Below, piece by piece: positions 9,211 through 18,548 of a DNA stretch of 32,000 nucleotides. The translations under genes and the position numbers were made by a program. Source of the DNA: Candidatus Saccharimonadota bacterium. Its GTDB lineage: Bacteria; Patescibacteriota; Gracilibacteria; UBA1369; 2-02-FULL-48-14. The notes beneath the pieces were generated by a model. That model had not been told where the DNA came from, made no database searches, and worked only from the letters and a program-made list of their open reading frames with translations. Where the stretch lies: the NCBI GenBank assembly GCA_965230905.1, contig OZ246396.1:120001-152000 (forward strand), read 5' to 3'. Position 1 is the first letter of the stretch. Every line of letters begins with the position of its first letter.

Positions 9211-11184
9211 ATGAATACCCCAAAACATAGCAATCAGCCCGGTAATCAACCTTCAGTAGCTCCTTCAGCAGTACCCCCTAGAAAAACTAGTGGAACTTCT
9301 CTTTTAAGTGGGGCGGTAGGGCTCGCAGCTTTAGCAGCTGTATCGGGTTACTCCCCTGTTGGACGTGCGGAAGATTGGCAAGATCAGGGGACTACAAATA
9401 ATGCAAATGCAGATGGTGAATATACGTGGTGTTTTGGTGGAGACCCAGATGGAGTGCATGTAAGACAAATTTGGGACTCTGTTGATAGTAAGTACGTTAG
9501 TCAGTTGCATGACGGGACATCCTCAGGAACACACATGGAGGGTATTGACGATGCCGTTGAGGCATATGATAGCTCTATAGTGATGTCGGGAGGAACTTGT
9601 GTGGAGGATGTCGACCCCGTTTTGGATCAAATTAAATTTCAAAATATTGCTGAAGGAACTAGCTTTATTGTTAATGGATATATAAATAGCGGTGCAGTTT
9701 CTAGTATTTCTTATTTAACTGGTGGAGAGTTTTATACTGGAAATCTCTATAATGGTAGGGCTTTTGGTGCGGTGGACGATGGCGACATTGGAGCTTTTGA
9801 ACAAACTGCTACAAGCAATAGTGAATACTATATGCATCCAACGGCAGATTTGGTAAGTATTGTCGTTAATCCAGATACCGATCAAGTTTTTGCTTCAAAA
9901 GACTTTCTTACAGGTCAAGTCTACAAATATAACAACGCTTCTCTCAATACAGGCTCTGACTCAACTGAAGCTGCGCTTACAGGAATAAGTGGCGAACCTC
10001 GCTCATGGAAAGATGCTGCAGACTCTTCTACCGGTTACAATAGTATTGCTGTTTTAAGAGATGGCGTAACTCATATTGTCTCGGATTTAGATTCAGGTGC
10101 AGCAGTCGATCCCGACGCAGATGGTGACGGAGAAGTCGCTAGCGTTGACTGTGACGATACTGATGCTGCCGTCAACTCTTCTGCAACTGAAGTTTGTGAC
10201 GGGGTAGACAACAACTGTGATAGTTCTGCGGATGGAGTGGATTCTGCAGATGTTTCAACCTGGTACCGAGATGCAGATAGCGACGGTGTGGGTAATTCAG
10301 CTTCAACCCAAGAGACCTGTGACGCTCCTGTTGGATATGTAGCGACTCCTGGTGACTGGGATGACAATGATGCTTCTATACAAACGGAACCTGTAGATAC
10401 CGGCGACACTGGAGAAGAAACGGATACGGACACAGATACCGACAGTGACACTGATTCTGATACGGATACTGACACTGATACCGACACGGACACCGGCACA
10501 GATTGTGTAGAGAACCTCGATTCTGAGGACCCTTATGAAGTTGGCGAAGAAATTTGTTTGGAGGCAGGAACCTTTGAAGTAAAAGGAGGAACTGCGGAGG
10601 TTAAAGATGGAGAAATCGTTTTAAATGAGGATGCGGATGAAGGCACTGGGGACGGAAATGGTTTGGTTGTTAATGTAAAAGGCTACAGTGGAGTGTTTGT
10701 AGCAATCAACGGACAAACAGGTATTGAGCTTGGAGTTGAAGATAATCTGAAGGCAGGGCCTCCAGATAGTGAAAACACCAACGATACCCCAAGCAACTCA
10801 GTGAATGTAGATGTGATCTCTGGGTCTGCTACGATTTCTGGAGAGGGATGGGAACGAACATTGAATGAAGGTCAAAAAGGATCTTTCTCAGATTTAGAAG
10901 GTAGCGAAGGAGATTCAGATACCGACTCAGATGCTGACACCGATTCCGATGCGGATGCTGATTCAGATACCGACTCAGACTCAGATTCTGACACAGACGC
11001 TGACGCGGACTCGGATGCTGATTCAGATACCGATAAGGCCGAAACTCCAACTCCAGAAGATCCAACTGGCTGTGCTACTGGTTCCACTCCTTTGAGTGAG
11101 AGTGGCGTTGCTACGGGTATGGTCTTGGCCACCGCTGCTGCTGGTCTAGCACGACGACGACGAAAAGACGGACTTCAGGCTTAA
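9211..11184 (+). CDS. Secreted surface protein with MopE-like Cys-rich putative metal-binding motifs, two D-[ST] repeat tracts and a Cys-containing C-terminal sorting signal (MYXO-CTERM-like)
   Basis: Signal/anchor segment LLSGAVGLAALAAVSG. CDDTDAAVNSSATEVCDGVDNNCD and WYRDADSDGVGN..CDAPVGYVATPGDWDDNDASI match the DCDDxD..CDGxDNDCD motif class. The C-terminus is PTGCATGSTPLSESGVATGMVLATAAAGLARRRRKD, giving Cys, a hydrophobic stretch and an Arg cluster. Confidence 0.75.
   Translation: MNTPKHSNQPGNQPSVAPSAVPPRKTSGTSLLSGAVGLAALAAVSGYSPVGRAEDWQDQGTTNNANADGEYTWCFGGDPDGVHVRQIWDSVDSKYVSQLHDGTSSGTHMEGIDDAVEAYDSSIVMSGGTCVEDVDPVLDQIKFQNIAEGTSFIVNGYINSGAVSSISYLTGGEFYTGNLYNGRAFGAVDDGDIGAFEQTATSNSEYYMHPTADLVSIVVNPDTDQVFASKDFLTGQVYKYNNASLNTGSDSTEAALTGISGEPRSWKDAADSSTGYNSIAVLRDGVTHIVSDLDSGAAVDPDADGDGEVASVDCDDTDAAVNSSATEVCDGVDNNCDSSADGVDSADVSTWYRDADSDGVGNSASTQETCDAPVGYVATPGDWDDNDASIQTEPVDTGDTGEETDTDTDTDSDTDSDTDTDTDTDTDTGTDCVENLDSEDPYEVGEEICLEAGTFEVKGGTAEVKDGEIVLNEDADEGTGDGNGLVVNVKGYSGVFVAINGQTGIELGVEDNLKAGPPDSENTNDTPSNSVNVDVISGSATISGEGWERTLNEGQKGSFSDLEGSEGDSDTDSDADTDSDADADSDTDSDSDSDTDADADSDADSDTDKAETPTPEDPTGCATGSTPLSESGVATGMVLATAAAGLARRRRKDGLQA
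10420..10500 (+). repeat. Coding D-[TS] dipeptide repeat tract 1 (TDTDTDTDSDTDSDTDTDTDTDTDTGTD)
   Basis: Imperfect hexanucleotide periodicity (ACN GAY / AGY GAY) read directly from the sequence. Confidence 0.9.
10912..11034 (+). repeat. Coding D-[STA] dipeptide repeat tract 2 (DSDTDSDADTDSDADADSDTDSDSDSDTDADADSDADSDTD)
   Basis: Imperfect GAY-NCN hexanucleotide repeats read directly from the sequence. The antisense shadow ORFs here are a by-product. Confidence 0.9.
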
Positions 11185-11244
11185 TAATCTCAGGTTCAAG
11201 TTGTGGATTTAGAGGCTTTTTTATGGTATAATAAACAGATTTAA

Positions 11245-13389
11245 TTGTGCCTGTTGAAACAAAGCAAAAAAATCGGTTTTGGACTGAGTGTGACACTCCT
11301 GATTTCCCTGCTCATGACAGGTGTGAATGCCATGGAGTTTTTGAAGCTGGAGGACACAGAGAGAAATTTCAGTGCTCACCTGTATCAGGAGCGGGAACTT
11401 TCGGATGAAATTGTGATCGTAGCTATTGATGAAAAAAGTATTTCTACACCTGAAACGGGTGGACTCGACCGCTACAGTAGTTGGAATCGAGGGTATTACG
11501 CGCAAGCATTAGAAAATATTCAGAAAGAGGCCCCTACTGCAGTTTTTTTTGATGTACTTTTCTCAACGGAGACCGACGGGTTAAGTTCCGAGGAAATTTA
11601 TGCCATCGCTAAAGAATACCCCAAGATTGAGGATTTTACGGAAAAGATATTAAATTATCTGGACCCGCCCCACCCCATTGATCAGACATTTGCAGATGTG
11701 CTTTCGCGCTATGAGAACGTTTACTTTTTAAAAAGTATGCAAGCAGAACAGGGTTGGGACAATGAATCCCAGGCTATGATTTATAGCGGTTCTGTAGAAC
11801 CAGCTTCTATTTTTGCCGACCAGGTGAAAACAGCACTAGCGAGGGTGACCGTGAGCGAAGAAAGCACCAATTCTTCCATGATTTTTTCTATTCCCCGCTA
11901 TTATCGAGAGAGTGCTTCCAGTGATCGTGAGCAACAGATAGATTTCCAGCTGACAGAAGAACATTTGGGGCGTCCTTTGAGTGACGAGGAAATTCCTCTA
12001 AAGGACGGTCAGATGCTTATAAATTACGCTGGTAAACCTTATAGTTTTCCATCTTTTTCTTTTTCGGATGTGTACTATGGCAGGGTGGATCCGAGTGAGT
12101 TTGAGGGAAAAATTGTTTTAATTGGAGCCACGGCGGCTATCATGCAGGACCGTCATTTTACCCCGATTGATGCAACTGCACCGATGCCTGGAGTTGAAAT
12201 CCATGCGAATGCCCTACAAACTCTTTTGGAGGAAAGTTACCTAAAAGACCAAGGTAGCTCGGATTTCTTTGTGCAGACTTTTATTAGCCTGAGTCTGGCT
12301 TCTTTTGTGGCCTTATTCACCCCACTATGGATTGGTATGGGCGCTGTTTTTCTACTGATCCTCGCCTTCCCTTTCTATGCTCAAATGCGTTTTGATCAAG
12401 GGACCATCGTTAGTTTGATTTTACCACCGCTGAGTTTGATTGCGGCTTATGTAGCTGTGCTGGTGTACCGTAACGTGACGGAGTTTGCGGAGAAACGGAA
12501 ACTGAAGATGGCGTTTTCGCGTTATGTGTCGCCGGAATTGGCGGAGGAGATTACGGAGAAGCCGGATATGCTGAAACTGGGAGGAGAGCGCAAGAATATT
12601 ACGGCGCTGTTTCTGGATGTGGAGAACTTTACGACGCTTAGTGAAGGACTGGAACCGCAGGAAGTGGTGCGCGTTATCAACGTGTATTTTGACGGGCTGG
12701 CACAGGTGATTATGGGTCATGGAGGCAGCGTAGATAAATACGAAGGCGATGCCATTATGGCTCTGTTTGGGGCTCCGGTTCCGAGCACGGATCACGCGGT
12801 GAAAGCATGTTTTGCGGCCATGGCGATTCAAGCACGGATGAAAGAGTTGAACGCGCAGATGGGCTATAACTTAAACATTCGTATTGGGCTCGCAACGGGT
12901 GACGCGATTGTGGGAAACATGGGTTCCAGCCAACGTTTTGATTACACGGCCATGGGAGACACGGTGAACACGGCGTCGCGATTGGAGGGAGCGAATAAAT
13001 TTTATAAGACCGGCATTCTGGTGAATCCAGGGACATTTGAAGCGGCACAGGACCAGATTTTCTTCCGTAAAATCGATACGGTTTGTTTAAAGGGGAAGGA
13101 AAACGCGATTGGCATTTACCAGGTTCTGGGCACGCAAGAAGGCGCTACGCCGGATGGCAAGGCGGTGCTTGCGGAGTGGCAAAGTGCGCTGGAAGATTAC
13201 AAAGCGGCGAACTGGGATGAGGCGGAAAAAAAGATCCGCAGTGTGCTGACCAAGCTGCCGGAGGACGGACCTGCGAAAACGTTCTTGGGACGAATTGCGG
13301 AACTCAAGCTCCTGTATAAGCAAGAACAGACAGGGACACCTGGTCTTCGACCAGTATGGGATGGAATATGGCGATTCGAATCCAAATAA
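11245..13389 (+). CDS. CHASE2 sensor domain - transmembrane - class III adenylate cyclase
   Basis: N-terminal TM helix followed by a periplasmic CHASE2-like region (VIVAIDEKSI). TM helices lie near aa 340-400. The cyclase core is ITALFLDVENFTTLSE, KYEGDAIMALFGAP, RIGLATGDAIVGNMGS and YTAMGDTVNTASRLEG, and the Lys/Asp specificity pair suggests ATP. The only start that retains the N-terminal TM helix is a non-ATG codon (TTG at 11245), so the start is uncertain. Confidence 0.85.
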   Translation: MCLLKQSKKIGFGLSVTLLISLLMTGVNAMEFLKLEDTERNFSAHLYQERELSDEIVIVAIDEKSISTPETGGLDRYSSWNRGYYAQALENIQKEAPTAVFFDVLFSTETDGLSSEEIYAIAKEYPKIEDFTEKILNYLDPPHPIDQTFADVLSRYENVYFLKSMQAEQGWDNESQAMIYSGSVEPASIFADQVKTALARVTVSEESTNSSMIFSIPRYYRESASSDREQQIDFQLTEEHLGRPLSDEEIPLKDGQMLINYAGKPYSFPSFSFSDVYYGRVDPSEFEGKIVLIGATAAIMQDRHFTPIDATAPMPGVEIHANALQTLLEESYLKDQGSSDFFVQTFISLSLASFVALFTPLWIGMGAVFLLILAFPFYAQMRFDQGTIVSLILPPLSLIAAYVAVLVYRNVTEFAEKRKLKMAFSRYVSPELAEEITEKPDMLKLGGERKNITALFLDVENFTTLSEGLEPQEVVRVINVYFDGLAQVIMGHGGSVDKYEGDAIMALFGAPVPSTDHAVKACFAAMAIQARMKELNAQMGYNLNIRIGLATGDAIVGNMGSSQRFDYTAMGDTVNTASRLEGANKFYKTGILVNPGTFEAAQDQIFFRKIDTVCLKGKENAIGIYQVLGTQEGATPDGKAVLAEWQSALEDYKAANWDEAEKKIRSVLTKLPEDGPAKTFLGRIAELKLLYKQEQTGTPGLRPVWDGIWRFESK

Positions 13390-14325
13390 TTACTCGGCTT
13401 TCTTCTCTTTGATCAGGCCCTGCTTTTTGGCTTGGTCGAGATTGATCACCGCAACGAGCAGGCTGATGAGCGTGCCCATGAGGAAGAAGCCTGGGAGGCT
13501 GAAGGCGGCCAAAACGATGCTCACGAGCGTGCTGAGCGAAAAGGCGTAGAAACCGATTTTGTAGCCGGCAGCGTAGTCGTAAGGCAGTTTCATGACGCTG
13601 AATACAATCATCATGAAGACTGCGAAGATGAGCAGGTAGACCAGGCGGGCGATTATGAACCCGAGGAAAGCAAAAATGAAGAGGAGGGCGACGGCAAATG
13701 GAATGAAGTTTTTGATACCTCCCCATACGGTGTCCATGCCAGCGTCGACGAAGGCTTTGTTGACAATAGTGTCTTCGGATTCAGCGAGGGGAAAGGCTTC
13801 GGTTCCATTGTTTTCGGAAACTACATAAATCGCATCCTGAGTGAGCCACACCGCGGTGTGATAGGCCTGGAATTGCTCCAAAGAAAAGGGCGTGACGGTG
13901 TCGATGACCACCAAGTTGAGTTCCTCTAAAGAAACGTCGTCCCCTTCCATTGCCAGCTCATCTTCAAAACCTTCCTTAAAGCTCGCGCTCCAGGATTCGG
14001 TTGGAACCACCTCGTTGAATTTAATGAAGTAAGGCTCCTGCACATTGCTGCTCGCCTTTCCATCCTGAATGGTGATGACCAATTCTTCCGGATAGGAATG
14101 CAGCACTTGATCGATGGTTTCATTGATTTGGTCCCGGTGGCTCAAATAAGGTCCCACAAAAAGCACCAAGGCACCCACGATCATGCTGAGAAAGGTGAAG
14201 CCGGCCAGGAACCAAAACCCCTTCCAAAAAGATCGTCCAGCGATGCCGGCGTAGAAGGAAGGTGAATAAATAGAGGCAGGGATGGATTTGAAGAATCCAG
14301 GAGCGGCGGCGGTTTTGGTAGCCAT
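13390..14325 (-). CDS. DUF1189-like polytopic membrane protein
   Basis: The N-terminus FFKSIPASIYSPSFYAGIAGRSFWKGFWFLAGFTFLSMIVGAL resembles the DUF1189 family start. There are several TM helices at both ends. It is the last gene of a minus-strand operon. Confidence 0.5.
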   Translation of the reverse strand: MATKTAAAPGFFKSIPASIYSPSFYAGIAGRSFWKGFWFLAGFTFLSMIVGALVLFVGPYLSHRDQINETIDQVLHSYPEELVITIQDGKASSNVQEPYFIKFNEVVPTESWSASFKEGFEDELAMEGDDVSLEELNLVVIDTVTPFSLEQFQAYHTAVWLTQDAIYVVSENNGTEAFPLAESEDTIVNKAFVDAGMDTVWGGIKNFIPFAVALLFIFAFLGFIIARLVYLLIFAVFMMIVFSVMKLPYDYAAGYKIGFYAFSLSTLVSIVLAAFSLPGFFLMGTLISLLVAVINLDQAKKQGLIKEKKAE

Positions 14326-14349
14326 GGGTTGATGTAAGATGGCCGTAGT

Positions 14350-15027
14350 TTACCACTTAAAATTGGCTGGTGCCAAGATAAGTACCATCTCCCCTTTTAG
14401 AGGCTGTTTTTTGCAGAGTTCGTGGAGCTCGGCGAGGGTGCCGCGGTGAAAGGTTTCGTGCATTTTGGTGAGTTCGCGGGCGATGACCATCACACGGTCG
14501 GGGCCGAGGAATTCGAGCATTTGGCTGACGGTTTTTAGGATGCGGTGGGGCGATTCGTAGAGCACCGTGGTTTGCGTGACTTCGCGCAGGGATTCGAACA
14601 AAGTCTGGCGGCCTTTTTTTGCCGGCACAAAGCCAAGGTACACGAATTCGTTCATGGGAAGTCCGCTGCCCATCAGCGCCGTGAGGAAGGCGGCGGCACC
14701 CGGGATGGGGATCACCGGAATATTGGCGGCGAGGGTGGCTTTTACCAGCGCCCAAGCGGGGTCGGAAATGCCGGGCGTGCCGGCGTCGGTGATGAGCGCG
14801 ATGTTTTTACCGCTTTGCATTTCTTCAACCAGCGCGTTGGTTTTAGCATCGGTGCTGTAACTGTGAAAACTGGTGCACGGGGTTTGAATTCCGTAATGCT
14901 TGAGGAGCACTTGGGAATGGCGCGTGTCTTCGGCGGCGATGAGGTCCACTTCCTTTAAAGTGCGCACCGCGCGAAACGTGATGTCTTCTAAATTTCCGAT
15001 GGGTGTGGCGACTAAATAGAGACTCAT
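14350..15027 (-). CDS. rsmI: 16S rRNA (cytidine1402-2'-O)-methyltransferase
   Basis: MSLYLVATPIGNLEDITFRAVRTLKEVDLIAAEDTRHSQVLLKHYGI is the typical RsmI/tetrapyrrole-methylase-fold N-terminus. There is a 4-nt ATGA overlap with the upstream tsaB. Confidence 0.9.
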   Translation of the reverse strand: MSLYLVATPIGNLEDITFRAVRTLKEVDLIAAEDTRHSQVLLKHYGIQTPCTSFHSYSTDAKTNALVEEMQSGKNIALITDAGTPGISDPAWALVKATLAANIPVIPIPGAAAFLTALMGSGLPMNEFVYLGFVPAKKGRQTLFESLREVTQTTVLYESPHRILKTVSQMLEFLGPDRVMVIARELTKMHETFHRGTLAELHELCKKQPLKGEMVLILAPANFKW

Positions 15028-15695
15028 TTTTTCCAGGGGTCAGTGGATACGGTGATGTGCGGACCGCGCAGGTAGGCCGGTTCCACGGTTTCCACGGCTT
15101 CCAAGTCGGTGAGTCCAAAAGTCATGATCATTTCGGCGAGACTTTGCAGCTCGTGACCTTGCACACGGGTCCAGTTTTTTTCGAGCACAATGGAACTCAG
15201 TTCGTCGTTCAGCGCTTCGGGCAGGTCGGCGATCACGTGGATATTTTGGTGTGGGTAGTCTTTGAGCAGCGCGGCGAGGGAGCCCACTTTCACGGCTTCA
15301 TCTTCAAATTTAACGCCCACGTCCATGCGGCCGGCGTGCAAAATAATGAGGGTTGGCGCGGTGACGGCAGCCTTGCGGCGGAGCATGGTGAAGGTGTTCA
15401 GGGCGTAGATTTTCGCACCCAGTCCGTAGGCCAGGGCATTGGCAAAAGCCACTCCAGTGCGGAGGGACGTGAAGGAAGCGGGGCCTTGAGCCACCACCAC
15501 ATCGGTGATCTCGGCTTTGCTGAGTCCGGCTCCGTCCAAAAGCTCCTGTAAAAAAGGCGCCAGGGTGTCTACGTCGCGGCGTTCGTCGGGCCAGGTTTTT
15601 TCGGCAATGAGTTCAAACTCGCCGGGGTTAGCGGGGTTCGCACGTAAAAGTGCGAGTTCGTGCATGGGCTCAGCCGTGTTGAGGGCAAGTATCAT
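15024..15695 (-). CDS. tsaB: tRNA threonylcarbamoyladenosine (t6A) biosynthesis protein TsaB
   Basis: Carries VVAQGPASFTSLRTGVAFANALAYGLGAKIY (the GPGSFTGLRIG motif class). At 223 aa it has the size of the YeaZ family. Confidence 0.8.
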   Translation of the reverse strand: MILALNTAEPMHELALLRANPANPGEFELIAEKTWPDERRDVDTLAPFLQELLDGAGLSKAEITDVVVAQGPASFTSLRTGVAFANALAYGLGAKIYALNTFTMLRRKAAVTAPTLIILHAGRMDVGVKFEDEAVKVGSLAALLKDYPHQNIHVIADLPEALNDELSSIVLEKNWTRVQGHELQSLAEMIMTFGLTDLEAVETVEPAYLRGPHITVSTDPWKK

Positions 15696-15704
15696 AGAGA
15701 AGCA

Positions 15705-18548
15705 TTACTCGATTTCATCGAGTTCCACCCCAGTGTAGTAGTACTTGATGATTTTCTCAAATGACCAACCCTTTTCCGCCAGCGCTTTGGCACCACAACC
15801 CGAGAGTCCCACCCCGTGGCCCGCAAAGGCCGTGGAGCTGCAGTAGGTGTCGGGAACGGAAACGAGATAAGGAGTGTTGGTCCAGCCCCAGACGTCTTTG
15901 GCGTTCTTGGTGGCCTTTCCATCGGACTTGCTGAAGTACGGAGTTTTGATGACGACGCCTTTGTAGCTGACCACGGTTCCTTCGGTGGACTGTGCGGCGG
16001 CTACCACATTGGGGTGGCGCAGTTCATAGCCGTAACCGAGGTATTTTTGAAAGGTGTTGGGATCGTCTTCGCCATCGTAGGGCATGCCGGGGAATTTATC
16101 GGCCTGCGTGAGGTAATAGTAGGCGTAGCTGCGGGCCAAAATAGACATGGCCTTGAGTTTTTCGGTGGGCGTGTCGTTGGTTTCTTCCGCCATACCAATC
16201 AAATAATCTTCCAGCGGAAGTTCGTTGATGAGGATGGGCGTGCCGCTCATATCGCGGACTTCGATGGTGCCGCGGAACTGGTTGTCGTTGATGCTTGTAT
16301 CCCAGCTGGCTTTTTGTTCCATGGTGGCAATTTTCATAATTCCACCGGTTTCGGGAACGAAGCGAATGGGGTTCGTGGCGGTCCATTTCTTGGACCCGGA
16401 AGTAACGGTGTAGGTTCCTTTGTCGTCCTTCACGCGCACGCGGCTGTTGGCTGAAAAGCTGCTGAGCAGCGTGGTGCCATCGTAGACATTGAAGGTGCTG
16501 GAAGAGCTTATAATAGGTTCACCCACGGCGTTATCGGGCGTGAGTTTAATGCGGATGGGATTTTCATACGCTTCGGTTTCCACCGCGGCTTCCTCACCCA
16601 CGGTGATGGTGAGCGCATAGGCGGAGCTAGTCAAATTGCTGCTGCCGAGCCGTGGACGAATAGAAAGCTCGTGTTCGCCTTCCGTGGTGGGCGCTGTGAG
16701 ATTGAAATAAATGCGGCTGCTGGAACCCGCTTTGAGACTCTTAAAGGACATGAAGGGCGTTCCCGTTTCCATGCCTTGCGGCTTAGTGAATGCCAAAGAA
16801 AAGGCATTGGACCCCGTGGTGCTCCACGTGGAAGTGGAGGTGTTTTTTACTTGAACCCAAATGTATTTTTTCTCTCCGGGATCAAAAGTCAGGTCCGTGT
16901 AGGCACTGGTGATCACCGTCTGGCTGGAACTGCTGGAGCTGCTAGACGAGCTGGAGGAACTGCTGGTGGATTTCTTTTCTTCCACTTCCACATAAAAGCC
17001 CAGGTCCATGACTTGGTCTGATTTGCTTGAACCGTTGAAGACTGGCACAGCTTCAAAATGCACGAGTCCGCCGACTTGCGTTGCGGTGGCCGTGAACGTG
17101 AAGGTCGCGGTTTTGCCGGGCGCCACGGACGTTTCGGTCATTGTAGCGGTTCGCTTTTGAGAATCTTTGGGGAGGCTGATGACTTTGTCGGCGTTGGTGT
17201 CGGCGTTGACCACCAAGTACGTGGACTTGTCCCAGGTTTTGCTACCGGTGTTTTTAATTTTAATAGACACGCCCACTTTCTTTCCTGGATCCACCACTAA
17301 GAGGTCGCGGTCTCCCACTTCTTCGTAAGCGTAAGAACCACTGCTATCTTCTTCGTTGTCCAAAGAGGCGGCCACAATGCTGCGGATGTCGGCCAAATAA
17401 TCGTAGGTGTAGCCTCCGGGACAGGTGGTGGCGTCCACATCGCGGTGGCCCAAAAGATTGGCCATGGTTTTACCGCGGTACTTGCCGGTTCCATCTATAT
17501 CGATGTCGTGGAGTTCAGCTTTTTCGTAAACCAGGGCTGTGAGCGATTGCATCATGTCACCGGGCAACTGGTCTTCTTCATAATTTCCAAGCAGAGCTAT
17601 TCCAATGGTTCCGGTGTTGTAGCCGGACGCGTGCCCTGCCACCACTCCTTCCTCTCCGGCACGGCCTTGGTACACGGTTCCGTCGGGGGCAATGATGTAG
17701 TTGTAACCAATGTCTCCCCATCCGCGGGTCGCGGCGTGGTAGTAATAAATCGCGCGGATCGCTTCATCGGGATTCTTTAAATTGGAGGTCGTGGCCGTAT
17801 GGTGCACGATGATTTTTTTGATATCTTTTGGATATTCCTGAGGCCATAAATAAGGATTCCCATCTTCGTCGGTGGTGATGCTATCCACAATTTTTAGATC
17901 GGGATCGGTTTCCGTATACGTGTCTACATTTTCATCGCTCATTTCTACATCGTAGTAACGGCTGAGGAGCAGTTCTTCGTTCGCTTCCCAATCGTCACGA
18001 GTTTGTATTTCGTTATCGTCTTTAAAAATCAGCTTTTGGAATTGGCTGAGCATGGACGATTTTCCGCCATCCACCGCATCAAAAGAAACCTTGCTGAGCT
18101 TGGGGGTAATCGACGTATCTTCGGTCGCCAAAAACACTCGGTATTGGAAGGCCTCGCTTTCATTCGTAATCACATAGGTCCACAAATCGTCGTTGGCGCT
18201 GTCGGGCTGATCATTGTCTTGTTCCAAAACTTGCCAGTCGGTCCAGGTTCCTTTGGCGTCGCGGAAACGGATTTCCAGCGCAGCGGACGTGCCCTGGGGC
18301 AAAGCTTCTTGCCAGTTCAGACCCAAGAGTTCAAAGGAGTGCTCGGCTTCGTAAACATTGGACACAAAACGACGCTCGGTTTGGTAGTGCGCGCCCAATT
18401 CCATAATGGAAGCGGAGGGCTCAAGAGGGAGCGTCAAAGACTGGTCGCCTTGAATGTGCGTGCTGCTGGAGGGTGTGCTGTGAGTCAGCACCGCCAGGAG
18501 TGGGAGCAGAAGGAGAACGCCTAAGCCGGTTTTCTTGAAAAGAGTCAT
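15705..18548 (-). CDS. Secreted cell-wall hydrolase fusion: N-acetylmuramoyl-L-alanine amidase (Amidase_2/PGRP) domain + Ig-like/linker region + SpoIID/LytB domain
   Basis: Signal peptide LGVLLLLPLLAVLTHS. The amidase core is KKIIVHHTATTS..GWGDIGYNYIIAPDGTVYQGR..GHASGYNTGTIGIALLGNY..LLGHRDVDATTCPG. The SpoIID-like C-terminus is YLIGMAEETNDTPTEKLKAMSILARSYAYYY..PYFSKSDGKATKNAKDVWG..PYLVSVPD. Confidence 0.85.
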   Translation of the reverse strand: MTLFKKTGLGVLLLLPLLAVLTHSTPSSSTHIQGDQSLTLPLEPSASIMELGAHYQTERRFVSNVYEAEHSFELLGLNWQEALPQGTSAALEIRFRDAKGTWTDWQVLEQDNDQPDSANDDLWTYVITNESEAFQYRVFLATEDTSITPKLSKVSFDAVDGGKSSMLSQFQKLIFKDDNEIQTRDDWEANEELLLSRYYDVEMSDENVDTYTETDPDLKIVDSITTDEDGNPYLWPQEYPKDIKKIIVHHTATTSNLKNPDEAIRAIYYYHAATRGWGDIGYNYIIAPDGTVYQGRAGEEGVVAGHASGYNTGTIGIALLGNYEEDQLPGDMMQSLTALVYEKAELHDIDIDGTGKYRGKTMANLLGHRDVDATTCPGGYTYDYLADIRSIVAASLDNEEDSSGSYAYEEVGDRDLLVVDPGKKVGVSIKIKNTGSKTWDKSTYLVVNADTNADKVISLPKDSQKRTATMTETSVAPGKTATFTFTATATQVGGLVHFEAVPVFNGSSKSDQVMDLGFYVEVEEKKSTSSSSSSSSSSSSSSQTVITSAYTDLTFDPGEKKYIWVQVKNTSTSTWSTTGSNAFSLAFTKPQGMETGTPFMSFKSLKAGSSSRIYFNLTAPTTEGEHELSIRPRLGSSNLTSSAYALTITVGEEAAVETEAYENPIRIKLTPDNAVGEPIISSSSTFNVYDGTTLLSSFSANSRVRVKDDKGTYTVTSGSKKWTATNPIRFVPETGGIMKIATMEQKASWDTSINDNQFRGTIEVRDMSGTPILINELPLEDYLIGMAEETNDTPTEKLKAMSILARSYAYYYLTQADKFPGMPYDGEDDPNTFQKYLGYGYELRHPNVVAAAQSTEGTVVSYKGVVIKTPYFSKSDGKATKNAKDVWGWTNTPYLVSVPDTYCSSTAFAGHGVGLSGCGAKALAEKGWSFEKIIKYYYTGVELDEIE
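16923..16970 (-). repeat. Poly-Ser linker tract (S-T-S14) inside the amidase-SpoIID gene
   Basis: The plus strand reads GCTGGA-type repeats. The minus-strand frame gives TCC ACC followed by 14 Ser codons. Confidence 0.85.

Noticed and set aside
10071-11132. Regular short repeats that might suggest a CRISPR array or satellite, plus the antisense VSVSVS ORFs.
   Set aside because: The period is 6 nt and there are no spacers. The repeats encode in-frame D-[ST] dipeptides within a long ORF. The antisense ORFs are mirror artefacts.
13432-18524. Long opposite-strand ORFs over the minus-strand operon (13432-13929, 14545-14958, 15003-15551, 15816-16454, 18003-18524).
   Set aside because: Each lies antisense to a gene with strong family signatures (DUF1189-like, rsmI, tsaB, amidase-SpoIID). 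None has motifs of its own.
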